Shown one piece after another: positions 18,338 through 26,595 of a stretch of DNA of 27,706 bases (within the stretch, counting starts at the first letter, position 1; each line of letters opens with the position of its first letter). The stretch covers positions 1 to 27,706 of the forward strand of contig JAGNOY010000002.1 in assembly GCA_017989935.1 (NCBI GenBank), given 5' to 3'. The notes below the pieces were generated by a model, which had not been told where the DNA came from, ran no database searches, and saw nothing but the letters and a program-made list of their open reading frames with translations. Origin of the DNA: Chitinophagaceae bacterium (GTDB lineage: Bacteria; Bacteroidota; Bacteroidia; Chitinophagales; Chitinophagaceae). The position numbers and the translations under genes were made by a program.

Positions 18338-18355
18338 ATACCCTTCATTGGGTAT
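18338..18355. promoter_or_regulatory. Inverted repeat ATACCC-N6-GGGTAT (7-2-7 TACCCTT-CA-TTGGGTA), a putative NarL/FixJ-family response regulator box
   Basis: Palindrome 45 nt upstream of the lipoprotein ATG; each heptamer is one mismatch from TACYYMT. Confidence 0.45.
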
Positions 18356-18531
18356 TTTCTTATGCCTTTAAGTTGAATGAGATCGTATTGTCATTTGCTA
18401 ACATTCTTTGTTCTATTCTAAACTATCATCATTATTTTGGTATTTAGCTTTCCTAATGTTTAAACTTGGAAGAGATATAGCTAAATGAGCCTTAAACTCT
18501 CTCACTTATTTAATTTTAAGAACCTCAACAC

Positions 18532-19206
18532 CTAAATAATCCTTCCATCTTCCATTTCAATAATCCGATTCGTACGCGCGGCAAATTCATTATCGTGTGT
18601 CACAATCAATAAGGTCTGATTAAAATCCGAAGCTAACTTCTTGAAGGTATCAAATACAATTTCACTATTTTTTTTATCTAAATTTCCTGTAGGCTCATCT
18701 CCCATAATGATGTGCGGATCATTAATTAATGCACGTGCAATAGCTACACGTTGCTTTTGTCCACCAGATAATTGATTAGGCATTTTCAAAGCTTGCTCAT
18801 GAATATCTAAAATTTTTAATTTCTCCATGGCCTTGTGTTCAATTTCACTTTCGGTAAACTTGCCTAATTTGATACCTGGCAACATCACATTTTTCAATAC
18901 ATTAAATTCATTCAACAAATAATGAAACTGAAATACAAAACCAATTTTTTCATTTCTGATTTTTGCTAAAGCCTTTTCCGAAAGCGGCTTCATCAATTCT
19001 TGATCAATATACAATTCGCCTTCATAATCTGTATCCATCGTAGAAAGTATATATAACAAAGTTGATTTGCCACAACCCGATTTACCAATCACAGAAACAA
19101 AATCGCCTTTGTTGATAGAAAAACTCACCTCCTTTAAAATTGGTATCGTAATCGGATCGTGAAAATTTTTGCTGATGGATTTTGCTTCCAAAATTATTTG
19201 ACTCAT
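18532..19206 (-). CDS. ABC transporter ATP-binding protein (LolD/MacB-NBD-like)
   Basis: GKSGCGKST, GFVFQFHYLL, LSGGQKQR, MGDEPTGNLD, IVTHD. Confidence 0.93.
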   Translation of the reverse strand: MSQIILEAKSISKNFHDPITIPILKEVSFSINKGDFVSVIGKSGCGKSTLLYILSTMDTDYEGELYIDQELMKPLSEKALAKIRNEKIGFVFQFHYLLNEFNVLKNVMLPGIKLGKFTESEIEHKAMEKLKILDIHEQALKMPNQLSGGQKQRVAIARALINDPHIIMGDEPTGNLDKKNSEIVFDTFKKLASDFNQTLLIVTHDNEFAARTNRIIEMEDGRII

Positions 19207-19207
19207 A

Positions 19208-20461
19208 CTATTTACCTCGAATAATGATTACAGGATCTATCTTACTTGCTTTTCTGGCAGGAAATAATCCAGCTAAATAAGTCGTGATTAAAGAAAATAC
19301 AATTCCAATGATATAATATTTAGGATTATAATTGACAGGAAACGTTTTAATAGTGGGCAGAGAAGCTGTATTAAATGGAATTTGATCTACTACACTAGAC
19401 AATAAAAATCCAAACAACAACCCAAGTAATCCGCCAAACAAACCGATTGTGAGTGCAATGGTTGTAAATATTCGCTTCACATCAGACCCCGAAAATCCTG
19501 TAGCTTTCAATATCGCAATTGAATCCATTTTTTCGTAAATCATCATATTGAGGATATTGTAAATCCCAAAACCTGCTACAATCAACAATGTAATGCCCAC
19601 CGCATAAGAAATAATACTACGTACATTACTGCCTGTTTCGAATTGAGAATTTGCAGTTTGAATATCTTCAGCATCTGTATCAAACAGCCCTCGATATTCC
19701 TTTGCTAAGGCGGGTGCTTGCAGGATATCAAATAACTTTACATTTAAATCTGTAATATAAGAGCCCTGTCTACCTAACAACTTTTGTGTCGTAGCCAAGG
19801 AAGCAAAGCTTTGAACCTTATCTAAATCTTGCAAGCCCGATTGAAAAAAGCCTACAACTTTAAGTGATTGCCTATCTCCTCGTGGCGTAGTCACTTGCAC
19901 CACATCGCCTATGCTAGCCAACATTTTATCTGCCGCTGCCTTACCAAGAATAATACTATTTGGCACATTGCGCAAATCCATCATATTTCCCTTAGGCACA
20001 TAATCGCTAAAATGAAATAATTTACTTTCAGCTTCTACATCAACGCCATTAATGACTCCTGTGATATCAATATTACCTACGTTGTAAAATACTTGCGCTG
20101 TTACTTTAGGAGATACCCCTAATACTCTTGGATCTTTTTTTAAAGTTTGTATGATGGCTGTTACATTATCAATAAACTGTCCATTCCCCGAAGGTTTTAC
20201 TGAACGAATAAATCCATATCCTGCATTTTTAATCAGACTTATGGGTTGGTTAGGATTGGGCTTTACTTCTTTAAATAATCTGATATGCGGTGTACGATTT
20301 AAGATAAGTCCATCAAGCATATCATTCAAACCTGTCATAAAGCCCAACAAAGTAATAAACATAGTTATACTAAATGTTACACCTATAGCAGCCACAAGGG
20401 TTTGTTTCCATCTTGCAAGTAACAAGGCTTTGGCAATATTGATAATTAACTTTCCGTTCAT
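19208..20461 (-). CDS. ABC transporter permease (FtsX/LolC-E/MacB-like)
   Basis: One N-terminal TM, large periplasmic domain, three C-terminal TMs, IAILKATG and PARKASKIDP. Confidence 0.9.
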   Translation of the reverse strand: MNGKLIINIAKALLLARWKQTLVAAIGVTFSITMFITLLGFMTGLNDMLDGLILNRTPHIRLFKEVKPNPNQPISLIKNAGYGFIRSVKPSGNGQFIDNVTAIIQTLKKDPRVLGVSPKVTAQVFYNVGNIDITGVINGVDVEAESKLFHFSDYVPKGNMMDLRNVPNSIILGKAAADKMLASIGDVVQVTTPRGDRQSLKVVGFFQSGLQDLDKVQSFASLATTQKLLGRQGSYITDLNVKLFDILQAPALAKEYRGLFDTDAEDIQTANSQFETGSNVRSIISYAVGITLLIVAGFGIYNILNMMIYEKMDSIAILKATGFSGSDVKRIFTTIALTIGLFGGLLGLLFGFLLSSVVDQIPFNTASLPTIKTFPVNYNPKYYIIGIVFSLITTYLAGLFPARKASKIDPVIIIRGK

Positions 20462-20462
20462 C

Positions 20463-21539
20463 TTATTGTGGCAAGTAAATTTTATCGCTTGTGCTTAGCC
20501 CTTCAAGTATTTCTGCTTTCTGATAATCTTTCAACCCAACTTTCACTTTCTTTTTTTGTTTTTTATCGAGCAATACATATTCTTCATCAATTAAATATTT
20601 ACGTGGGATGGTTAAGGCATTTTCTTTGCTTTGTAAAACGATATTGGCTTCTAAAGTTAAGTTTGGATACATCGTACTTGGTGGCTTAGTAAAATGCGCT
20701 TCCACTTCAAAGGATCTACTTTTTTCATTCATCAACGGATTAATTTTATCGACCATCGCTTCGAAAGATTGTCCTTTATAACTATCCATGGTGATATAAA
20801 TCAATTGACCTTGTTGCACCTTCACGATATCATTTTCATCCACTTGCAAGAGTATATTAAAATTCGTAGCGTCACCGATAATCGCTAAAGGCATTTGTGG
20901 TGAAACCATTTCGCCTTGTTCCTTTAAAATCGAATATACTTTACCATTAAAACTACTCTTTACTTGAAAATCGCTCTGCATCGACTTGCTGATTGACAAG
21001 GTTTTTTTACTTTGCTGAGCATTAAAACTTAATTGCTTTTTTAGTTCGCTATAACGCAACTGTGCCGATTGATAAGTTGTTTTAGAATTCGCATAGGCCA
21101 ACTCTCTTTGCTCTAACTCAAATTTAGTTCCAATCTGATCGGCCCACAATTTTCGTTGTCTATCCAACATGAGTTTATCATTGTCCATTTTCTTTTTACC
21201 CATATCAATAGCCAAACTCAATTCGCGTAACTTATCCTGATTGCTTTGTACATCGGCATAATTCGCCGCCAAACGTGCATTGTCTGTATTTAACCTTGAA
21301 ACCTCATTCGACAAGGTAAACAACACTTGATCTTTTTTAACTTGATCACCTTGTTGAATATGAATTTTTTGTAAAATGCCATTGGCTTTGCTGAATACTT
21401 GATATTGATCTTGACTTTTCAAATAGCCTGATGCATAAACCGATTCGGTAATTTTTTCTTGTAGCGGAGAAACAAATTCTTGTTTATCCTTGCACGACAA
21501 TACAACAAACAAGAAAATGAGGTATAGATATTTGGGCAT
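20463..21539 (-). CDS. Efflux periplasmic adaptor subunit (MacA-like), probable lipoprotein; start MPKYLY
   Basis: VLSC lipobox, lipoyl-like IQQGDQVKKDQVL, coiled coil; start moved from 21569 to 21539 because TACCTTTG overlaps the longer start. Confidence 0.88.
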   Translation of the reverse strand: MPKYLYLIFLFVVLSCKDKQEFVSPLQEKITESVYASGYLKSQDQYQVFSKANGILQKIHIQQGDQVKKDQVLFTLSNEVSRLNTDNARLAANYADVQSNQDKLRELSLAIDMGKKKMDNDKLMLDRQRKLWADQIGTKFELEQRELAYANSKTTYQSAQLRYSELKKQLSFNAQQSKKTLSISKSMQSDFQVKSSFNGKVYSILKEQGEMVSPQMPLAIIGDATNFNILLQVDENDIVKVQQGQLIYITMDSYKGQSFEAMVDKINPLMNEKSRSFEVEAHFTKPPSTMYPNLTLEANIVLQSKENALTIPRKYLIDEEYVLLDKKQKKKVKVGLKDYQKAEILEGLSTSDKIYLPQ

Positions 21540-21566
21540 AGTAAGAGAATGAACTAATAAAGAAGG

Positions 21567-21574
21567 CAAAGGTA
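21567..21574 (-). promoter_or_regulatory. -7 promoter TACCTTTG of the MacAB-like operon
   Basis: Exact TAnnTTTG, 27 nt upstream of the ATG at 21539. Confidence 0.6.
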
Positions 21575-21820
21575 CATGCAGACAAGCGACTAGACATCAA
21601 ATTTCATGATTCATGATTAAAATCATACAATCGAATTGAAAAGATGTTTGTTTTTTATGCCCCCATCAAATTAAGTTCTCACCTAAAGCCATTTTTTGGG
21701 GACCCGCCGAAACCTTTGCAGCAAGCCGATTAAGACAACTTTTCACAAGGCACAACACATCACTACATGATCATCCTATTTAAGTTTTGGCTCCTTTAAA
21801 ATACTTCATAGATAACATGT

Positions 21821-21845
21821 AAAAAGCCGGCTTTCGCCGACTTTT
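21821..21845 (-). terminator. Rho-independent terminator after the secreted thioredoxin-fold gene
   Basis: Minus strand AAAAGTCGGC-GAAA-GCCGGCTTTTT, with a GNRA loop and U-tract. Confidence 0.8.
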
Positions 21846-21894
21846 ACTGTTTTCATATACATAAAACAAAACTAAAACATCTATTTAAAAGCAC

Positions 21895-22740
21895 TTAGTG
21901 TGCGATTGATAATCTCATATTCACATTTCTGTTTCCTACTGTTAAGTTTACAAAATATATTCCTTCAGCCCAAGAACTAGAATTTAAATTCATGTCATGA
22001 TTACCAACTGACAATGATTTGAATGAATTTGCAATCATTTGTTGGCCCAATGAGTTAGACACAGTATAGCTTACATCATTAGAGTTATCAAGGTTTAAAT
22101 GCAAAACGGCGTTATCTTGAGCCGGATTAGGATAAAGATTATACGAAAAATCTATATCCATCACATCATCATTAGAAGTAGGGGCTACTCCGCATTTAGA
22201 TGAAACAAAACTACGAAGACCAGATTCTGATGTCAAATTAGTGCTGATTTTATACAACTTTTTGTCTTTGCAAACCACGAATACTGCTGGAACACCATAG
22301 CTTTGGCCTGGCTGAACAAATTTTAATACCATTGAATTCGTGCTAGCTTCATTACAAATTGGATGAGTTGTCCCGGCTATCCAATCTCCTTGTGTTGCGG
22401 CTGTTGTGCCTTGCAAGTCTGCCATAGTAGTTGCAGCATCCACTTCATATAAAAATACTTGAGCGTCTTTTACACCTGTACCGCTTGGACCATACTTATC
22501 ATAATAAGAATCTAATACCTTGCTTGTATGATATGACCAACATGGCCCGCACCATGTTGCAGATAAATCAATTATAACATGTTTGCCAGAATTGCAAAGT
22601 GTAAATAAATCATATGTTGTGTTATTGATGTCCTTAAAACTTATTGTTGATGATATGGTGGTTCCATCTGGATAATAAATTTGAGCTTTTGAAGCATTGA
22701 AGCACATAATTGCAAATACTAATAGGAAAATTCTTTTCAT
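21895..22740 (-). CDS. T9SS-secreted thioredoxin-fold (TlpA/redoxin-like) protein with a type A CTD
   Basis: Signal peptide (SKA-Q), DLSATWCGPC active site, GVP cis-Pro loop, CTD with LYPNPA, NSLGQ and EGIYFVNL. Confidence 0.88.
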   Translation of the reverse strand: MKRIFLLVFAIMCFNASKAQIYYPDGTTISSTISFKDINNTTYDLFTLCNSGKHVIIDLSATWCGPCWSYHTSKVLDSYYDKYGPSGTGVKDAQVFLYEVDAATTMADLQGTTAATQGDWIAGTTHPICNEASTNSMVLKFVQPGQSYGVPAVFVVCKDKKLYKISTNLTSESGLRSFVSSKCGVAPTSNDDVMDIDFSYNLYPNPAQDNAVLHLNLDNSNDVSYTVSNSLGQQMIANSFKSLSVGNHDMNLNSSSWAEGIYFVNLTVGNRNVNMRLSIAH

Positions 22741-23002
22741 TTTTAATAATTAAGGGTTAAAGATAATACTCAACTAGACGAACTTGTATCTCTCTTGGTT
22801 AGATGTATTTTCTCTTGAAACGCCTTGAAATATGATGATTTAATGTCACGAATATGACAAAATTATCTACTTCAAAATTCTTAGCTATTGATAATAAAGG
22901 AATTTCTATTTTATATGGTGAAAACAGATCATTCAATTTGGTAGATAGTACTATAATTTCAGTGCGACTAACAATCGAAATGTTGCGATTAAAAAAAATG
23001 AG

Positions 23003-23416
23003 CTACTGTTTCGAACTCATATAGCCTTGCAATAAAATCACCGCACTAATTTCATCGACGAGGGATTTATTTTGTCGATCTTTCTTCTTGAGTCCGCTAT
23101 CAATCATGGTTTGAAATGCCATTTTCGAAGTAAATCTTTCATCGAGGGTTTGCAAGGGCATGTTGGGGAATGTTGTTTGAAACACTTTGATAAATGCCTC
23201 TACTAAGGGTGTGGCATGGGTATCATCATTACGCAAACTCTTAGGTAAACCTATTAAGACTTTCTCTACCGATTCTTCTTGAAAATATTTTTTTAAAAAG
23301 GGTATTAATTCAGGGGTCGGAACCGTGGTTAAACCATTGGCAATAATTTGCAATGGATCACTGACAGCTAATCCTGTTCTTTTTTTACCATAATCAATCG
23401 CAAGAAGTCTGGGCAT
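23003..23416 (-). CDS. ruvX: Holliday junction resolvase-like / pre-16S rRNA nuclease RuvX (YqgF); start MPRLLAIDYG
   Basis: AIDYGKKRTGLAVSD, DERFTS, VDEISAVILLQ. Confidence 0.95.
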   Translation of the reverse strand: MPRLLAIDYGKKRTGLAVSDPLQIIANGLTTVPTPELIPFLKKYFQEESVEKVLIGLPKSLRNDDTHATPLVEAFIKVFQTTFPNMPLQTLDERFTSKMAFQTMIDSGLKKKDRQNKSLVDEISAVILLQGYMSSKQ

Positions 23417-23420
23417 GCTT

Positions 23421-23428
23421 CGAAGGTA
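23421..23428 (-). promoter_or_regulatory. -7 promoter variant TACCTTCG, 4 nt before the ruvX ATG
   Basis: TAnnTTCG with the same spacing as at pheS. Confidence 0.55.
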
Positions 23429-23485
23429 GTACATTCAGGAAAACTGAAGGAAAATATTCTGAGAACTGTACACTACAAACGGCCA

Positions 23486-23547
23486 CCGGATAGTCGTGGA
23501 AATCCCATCTCGTTCTTCAAAACGAGATGGATTGGAACAATAGCCGG
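23486..23547 (+). ncRNA. Structured intergenic element, Flavo-1 motif/REP-like, copy 3 (shorter, more divergent)
   Basis: CCGG-ATAGTCGTGGAAATC-CCATCTCGTT-cttcaa-AACGAGATGG-ATTGGAACAATAG-CCGG; perfect 10-bp inner stem and the same flanking core motifs as copy 2. Confidence 0.55.
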
Positions 23548-23591
23548 CAGACACATCACCAAGACATGGATGATGATGGCCCCTAAAAAAA

Positions 23592-24461
23592 CTAAACGGT
23601 ATAAAAACTAATGATACTAAAGGCTGCATAAATTAATCCTGCAAAGCCATTAGTCGTAGCAAAAGCCATATTGACTTTACTAATATCATCGGGTTTTACG
23701 AGCCAATGTTGGTAGATCAATAAGCCAATAAAAATGAGGGCCCCTGCCGTATAAATTAATCCAAAGCCTCCAATAAATCCGATGGCCAGCACAATAATGG
23801 CGCTGCACACATGAAGTAAGATTGACACCCACATGGCTTTTTTTCTCCCCAACATCGCTGGTATAGAATACAAATTTTGCGCCTTATCGAAGTCTTCATC
23901 TTGCAAAGCATACAAAATATCAAACCCCGAAACCCATGTAAAAACCACTGAACCAAAAAGTATGGGGAGATAGCTAAAGTAGCCTGTAACGGCCAAATAG
24001 GCGCCAACGGGGGCTAAGGATAAACCAAGACCTAATACCAAATGACAAAGAGCCGTAAATCTTTTGGTATAACTGTACACCATAATCACGGCTAAGGCCA
24101 CAGGAGACAAGTAAAAACAAATTGGATTGATGAACCATGTAGTGATTACAAATAAGCCACAATTGAGCGCTATGAATAATAACGCATTGGAGGATTTGAT
24201 TATACCAGAAGGAATTTCACGTTGGGCCGTACGTGGGTTGAGGGCATCGTAACGTGCGTCGATGTATCGATTAAATGCCATAGCTGCGCTTCGGGCGAAA
24301 ACCATACATAAGATAACCGCTATAAACAATCGAATTTCAAAAGGGCGATTTTCGTAAATCACAGCCAACATAAACCCAATAATAGCAAAGGGCATAGCGA
24401 AAATTGTATGACTAAATTTAATTAATGATAAATAAGTAGAGAATTTTTTTAAGAGAGTCAA
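23592..24461 (-). CDS. UbiA-family prenyltransferase, MqnP-like (probable TTG start at 24461; the ORF track start is 24503)
   Basis: IKFSHTIFAMPFA, ARSAAMAFNRYIDARYDALNPRT..REIP, YSYTKRFT, GFDILYALQDEDFD; TAATTTTG promoter at 24477-24484. Confidence 0.88.
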   Translation of the reverse strand: MTLLKKFSTYLSLIKFSHTIFAMPFAIIGFMLAVIYENRPFEIRLFIAVILCMVFARSAAMAFNRYIDARYDALNPRTAQREIPSGIIKSSNALLFIALNCGLFVITTWFINPICFYLSPVALAVIMVYSYTKRFTALCHLVLGLGLSLAPVGAYLAVTGYFSYLPILFGSVVFTWVSGFDILYALQDEDFDKAQNLYSIPAMLGRKKAMWVSILLHVCSAIIVLAIGFIGGFGLIYTAGALIFIGLLIYQHWLVKPDDISKVNMAFATTNGFAGLIYAAFSIISFYTV

Positions 24462-24589
24462 CGTGTAGAATTTGGGCAAAATTAAGTGCAAATCTTTATA
24501 CACGGTGCTAGAATTCTTTGCTTCCGTTTTCTTTTGGTAAAAAATTGCTTTGTGTGTAAATATATTTTTTCTCTACGAGTTGCTTCTTT

Positions 24590-24597
24590 TATCTTTG
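24590..24597 (+). promoter_or_regulatory. -7 promoter TATCTTTG for dnaX
   Basis: Exact TAnnTTTG, 8 nt upstream of the ATG at 24606. Confidence 0.7.
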
Positions 24598-24605
24598 CAC
24601 CCTTC

Positions 24606-25757
24606 ATGGCAGAAAATTACGTAGTATCCGCGATTAAATACAGACCTCAACACTTTAATACAGTGATTGGGCAGTCGCATATTACCACTACCTTGAAAAA
24701 CGCTATTCGCACCGATCAACTGGCTCATTCATTTTTGTTTTGCGGACCAAGAGGCGTAGGAAAAACAACCTGTGCGAGAATTTTGGCCAAAACCATTAAT
24801 TGTACCAATCGCCGCGAAGATGCAGAAGCTTGTGATGAATGCGCCTCTTGTGTATCATTTAGAGAAAATACTTCTTTTAATATTCATGAATTAGATGCGG
24901 CCTCGAATAATTCCGTTGATGATATTCGTGAATTAATAGAGCAAGTGAGATTTGCGCCCCAAGGAGGCAGTAAATACAAGGTATATATTATTGATGAGGT
25001 GCACATGTTAAGTACTAGTGCCTTTAATGCTTTTTTGAAGACATTAGAAGAGCCTCCTACTTACGCCATATTTATTTTAGCGACTACAGAAAAACACAAA
25101 ATACTTCCAACCATTTTATCGCGTTGTCAGATATTTGATTTCAACCGAATTACTATCAAGGACATTGTAGAGCACTTGGCTGATATTTGTACGAAAGAAG
25201 ATATTCAAAGTGAAACCGAAGCCTTACATCTTATAGCTCAAAAAAGTGAAGGTTGTATGCGTGATGCCTTGTCTATCATGGACAAGATTGCAAGTTTTAG
25301 TAATGATAAAATAACTTATAGCTCTACCGTTGAACATTTGAACATACTAGACTACGATTATTATTTCCGTTTGGTAGAATCGTTGATGTTGCAGGACTTA
25401 AGTAGCGTATTGCTGTTGTTTGATGAAATCAACAGTAAAGGATTTGAAGGCGATATGTTTATGCAAGGCATGACTGAACATTTTAGAAACTTGCTCATGT
25501 GTAAGGATGTGCGTGTAGCTAAGTTGTTGGATTTGCCAGAAAAAATTAAAGCGACTTATTATGATCAGGCTAATCAATTAAGTCAGGCCTATATAGTAAA
25601 TGCATTGTCAATTTTAAATGCTTCAGAAATTCAATACAAGCAATCACGCAATAAGCGTCTTCATGTTGAATTGGCCTTGATCAAATTAAATCATTTACCA
25701 TCAGCCATTCAATTATTCAGTGATGAAGAAGGAGGACTTGTAAAAAAAAAATCCTAA
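24606..25757 (+). CDS. dnaX: DNA polymerase III clamp loader subunit, zero-frame gamma-like product (383 aa, start MAENY)
   Basis: KYRPQHF, GPRGVGKTT, zinc-binding Cys cluster, ELDAASNN, IIDEVHML, SRC; ends V-K-K-K-S-stop on an A10 run. Confidence 0.96.
   Translation: MAENYVVSAIKYRPQHFNTVIGQSHITTTLKNAIRTDQLAHSFLFCGPRGVGKTTCARILAKTINCTNRREDAEACDECASCVSFRENTSFNIHELDAASNNSVDDIRELIEQVRFAPQGGSKYKVYIIDEVHMLSTSAFNAFLKTLEEPPTYAIFILATTEKHKILPTILSRCQIFDFNRITIKDIVEHLADICTKEDIQSETEALHLIAQKSEGCMRDALSIMDKIASFSNDKITYSSTVEHLNILDYDYYFRLVESLMLQDLSSVLLLFDEINSKGFEGDMFMQGMTEHFRNLLMCKDVRVAKLLDLPEKIKATYYDQANQLSQAYIVNALSILNASEIQYKQSRNKRLHVELALIKLNHLPSAIQLFSDEEGGLVKKKS
25731..25757 (+). other. Putative recoding site: GGAGG-N6-A10-TCC-TAA (-1 ribosomal frameshift or +1A transcriptional slippage)
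   Basis: The -1 frame is open from the A-run into the downstream ORF and is closed upstream by TGA at 25724-25726. Confidence 0.75.
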
Positions 25758-26386
25758 GCGGGAATACGTTTCAACTAAGTAGTGGGAAATTTAGTTTGCA
25801 TGCACCAATAAAAATGGCTGCTGAAACTAATACCCCAGCAGCCACTGTAGTAAATATTGAATCTCAAACACCCGTTAATATCCCACAAAATACAAATCCT
25901 TCATCTGCGCCTGCGATGGAAAAGAAAGAAGGATACGGATTGACCCTTGGGAGTTTGAAAAAATTAAAAGATAGCGCACGGGAAAAACTCAAAGCTAATT
26001 TAGAGAATAAAGAATCCATTGAAATTACAGATGAAAATTTGGCTGAAGCTTGGGTGCAATTAGTGAATTTAATTGCGTCTCATAAAGTGCTTTATAAAAG
26101 TGCCTTATTAGAAAGTGACTTAAGTTTTATTGGACATGAAATTTCTTTAGCAGGCGATTTGGTGGCGATGGATTTTTTAAAAACAGAAAGGCTTACCTTA
26201 CTTGATTTTTTCAAAAAGCATTATCACAATGAAGAGATTAATGTTTTATTTAAAGAAAAAGTAAATGCTCCAATAGATGCTAGCAAGCATGTACCAAGTA
26301 CCAGAGAATTGTTTGAAGAAATGGCAAAACGAAATCCTTATCTAAAGCAATTAAAAGATAGTTTAGGATTAGATATTGAGTATTAA
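25751..26386 (+). CDS. dnaX: C-terminal tau-specific part of DnaX in the -1 frame (211 codons, ILSGNTFQLSSGKFSLHAP...); fused product 593 aa
   Basis: Low-complexity P/T/N linker followed by a domain ending RELFEEMAKRNPYLKQLKDSLGLDIEY, like Bacteroidota tau C-termini; the ORF track starts it at an internal TTG (25796). Confidence 0.78.
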   Translation: MLSGNTFQLSSGKFSLHAPIKMAAETNTPAATVVNIESQTPVNIPQNTNPSSAPAMEKKEGYGLTLGSLKKLKDSAREKLKANLENKESIEITDENLAEAWVQLVNLIASHKVLYKSALLESDLSFIGHEISLAGDLVAMDFLKTERLTLLDFFKKHYHNEEINVLFKEKVNAPIDASKHVPSTRELFEEMAKRNPYLKQLKDSLGLDIEY

Positions 26387-26479
26387 ATAGCATTCTTGTA
26401 AAAGCAAGCCTTAGAATGATTATCCAGCCATTCTTAGCACAAATTATGCAGTTAGCGGATATTTTAGAAAATCGACACA

Positions 26480-26595
26480 ATGGACTACAACGACAAAAAA
26501 ATCAGACCGATTATCAACACCGAAATCAGAGAAACTTCAAATGAAAGTCTTTTTCATTACAAAAAGTCGGAAATATTCTTGCTTCTGAATATTCT
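26480..26595 (+). pseudogene. Frameshifted, truncated remnant of a small Bacteroidota protein family often annotated as N-acetylglutamate synthase-like
   Basis: MDYNDKKIRPIINTEIRETSNESLFHYK, then after a 1-nt shift VGNILASEYS, then similarity ends; family recognised from memory. Confidence 0.55.

Noticed and set aside
18442-18486. Imperfect hairpin ATTTAGCT-TTCC...GGAA...AGCTAAAT downstream of the ABC ATPase gene
   Set aside because: It lacks the conserved core of the three repeated elements and a U-tract; at most a weak 3' structure.
22854-23024. 56-codon plus-strand ORF (MTKLSTSKF...) overlapping the ruvX stop
   Set aside because: No promoter or motif support, and its length is within chance for this composition.
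10177-24162. Short overlapping ORFs inside the epimerase, pheS, DUF502, TolC, ABC, permease, adaptor and prenyltransferase genes, plus 12202-12438 and 23435-23629
   Set aside because: They overlap well-supported genes or span the structured intergenic elements, and have no recognisable domains.
26440-26470. GCAGTTAGCGG just before the pseudogene, resembling the right end of an attC-like site
   Set aside because: No matching left-end inverted repeat could be found.
26280-26480. Minus-strand 66-aa ORF overlapping the dnaX tail
   Set aside because: It is antisense to the tau C-terminal coding region and has no features of a real protein.
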